Source: a virus
Reading direction: 5' to 3' (one strand)
Length of the DNA stretch: 13,714 bases
Virus record (IMG/VR): IMGVR_UViG_3300045988_037911
The notes under the pieces were generated by a model, which searched no databases, was not told the origin of the DNA, and saw nothing but the letters and a program-made list of their open reading frames with translations. How positions within the stretch are numbered: the first letter of the stretch is position 1; each line of letters begins with the position of its first letter. The translations under genes and the position numbers were made by a program. Below, in pieces: positions 13,397-13,714 of the stretch.

Positions 13397-13517
13397 AATT
13401 CACCTTTCCATGTGTGGGCTTATGCAATATATTCAGTTGTCAAGGTGCTTCCCAGTGATCTCCACTCGTACCCCACGAGCCGGTCAAAGCCTGATCGGCG
13501 GCTCTTGAACTGTGTAT

Positions 13518-13546
13518 AGAATAGCATACGCAATACTAAAAATCAA
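13518..13546 (-). promoter_or_regulatory. Candidate early promoter (inner)
   Basis: On the minus strand: -35 TTGATT (13546-13541), a 17-nt spacer, TGc, then -10 TATTCT (13523-13518). The predicted start is at about 13511. Confidence 0.5.
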
Positions 13547-13557
13547 TAACTTTGAGT

Positions 13558-13587
13558 ATTATATATTCTAATATCCACCATAAGCAA
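13558..13587 (-). promoter_or_regulatory. Candidate early promoter (outer, inside the degenerate ITR)
   Basis: On the minus strand: -35 TTGCTT (13587-13582), an 18-nt spacer, then -10 TATAAT (13563-13558). The left-end copy of this segment has decayed to TTTCTT ... AATATG. Confidence 0.5.
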
Positions 13588-13631
13588 ATAATATACCTCC
13601 GCTTTAGCACGTTAAAGCACACCCTGTCCGC
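13561..13631. repeat. Degenerate inner extension of the right ITR
   Basis: See 84-154. This is the same hand alignment. Confidence 0.7.
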
Positions 13632-13714
13632 CTGCCACGTACAAATTGTGTCCGTGTTGTGCGCACAAATGTGTCCGTGGGGGAAAGACAAATGTCCGCC
13701 AGTGGTGGTTAATC
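13632..13714. repeat. Right inverted terminal repeat (perfect part)
   Basis: It is the exact reverse complement of 1-83. Confidence 0.97.

Larger units (their letters stand above)
1..13714. mobile_element. Complete linear genome of a small phi29-like (protein-primed, Picovirinae-type) podophage
   Basis: Perfect 83-bp inverted repeats sit at the two extremities of the window. The window carries a protein-primed PolB, gp16-like ATPase, gp10-like portal, gp9-like tail knob, capsid and lysis genes. All genes are on the minus strand with very little non-coding DNA. No integrase was seen. Confidence 0.85.

Noticed and set aside
13438-13443. A perfect -35 hexamer TTGACA on the minus strand, close to the first ORF.
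   Set aside because: No acceptable -10 lies at 16-19 nt (AGCCCA/AAGCCC). The nearby TATATT is only 6 nt away. The hexamer is more likely part of the leader's closing helix.
13420-13527. A 35-codon minus-strand ORF (MLFYTQFKSRRSGFDRLVGYEWRSLGSTLTTEYIA) covering the GC-rich leader.
   Set aside because: There is no SD upstream, whereas nearly every real gene here has a strong one. Its ATG is part of the predicted extended -10 element and so lies upstream of the predicted transcription start.

Overview
The window appears to be a complete linear 13,714-bp genome of a miniature phi29-like podophage that replicates by protein priming. It starts and ends with a perfect 83-bp inverted terminal repeat (ITR). 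I support 19 protein genes, all on the minus strand. They are tightly packed, mostly preceded by strong AGGAGG-type ribosome-binding sites (SDs), and often overlap at start and stop codons. This points to a Bacillota host.

Reading right to left:
- promoters
- four small orphan genes
- an RHH regulator
- a putative terminal protein
- a protein-primed family-B DNA polymerase
- a 49-aa acidic miniprotein
- a phi29 p5-like SSB
- a phi29 gp16-like packaging ATPase
- a structured RNA element
- a BhlA-type holin
- a NAGPA/phosphodiester-glycosidase protein
- a 104-aa unknown
- a proline-repeat scaffold candidate
- the major capsid protein
- a gp9-like tail knob
- a tail lysozyme
- a gp10-like portal
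- a putative lower collar
- two fibre proteins
- a terminator

I saw no integrase or lysogeny repressor.

The most interesting signals are non-coding:
1. A 73-nt three-way-junction RNA lies directly after the packaging ATPase gene. Its helix order and complementary bulge and hairpin loops mimic phi29 pRNA.
2. The ITRs carry phased GGACA..TTTGT iterons and a 12-bp palindrome.
3. A degenerate, internalised third copy of the genome terminus sits at 161-241.
4. An extended -10 motif, ATGCTATT, recurs four times on the coding strand.

All homology statements rest on my memory of phi29 protein sequences and Pfam motifs. None come from searches.
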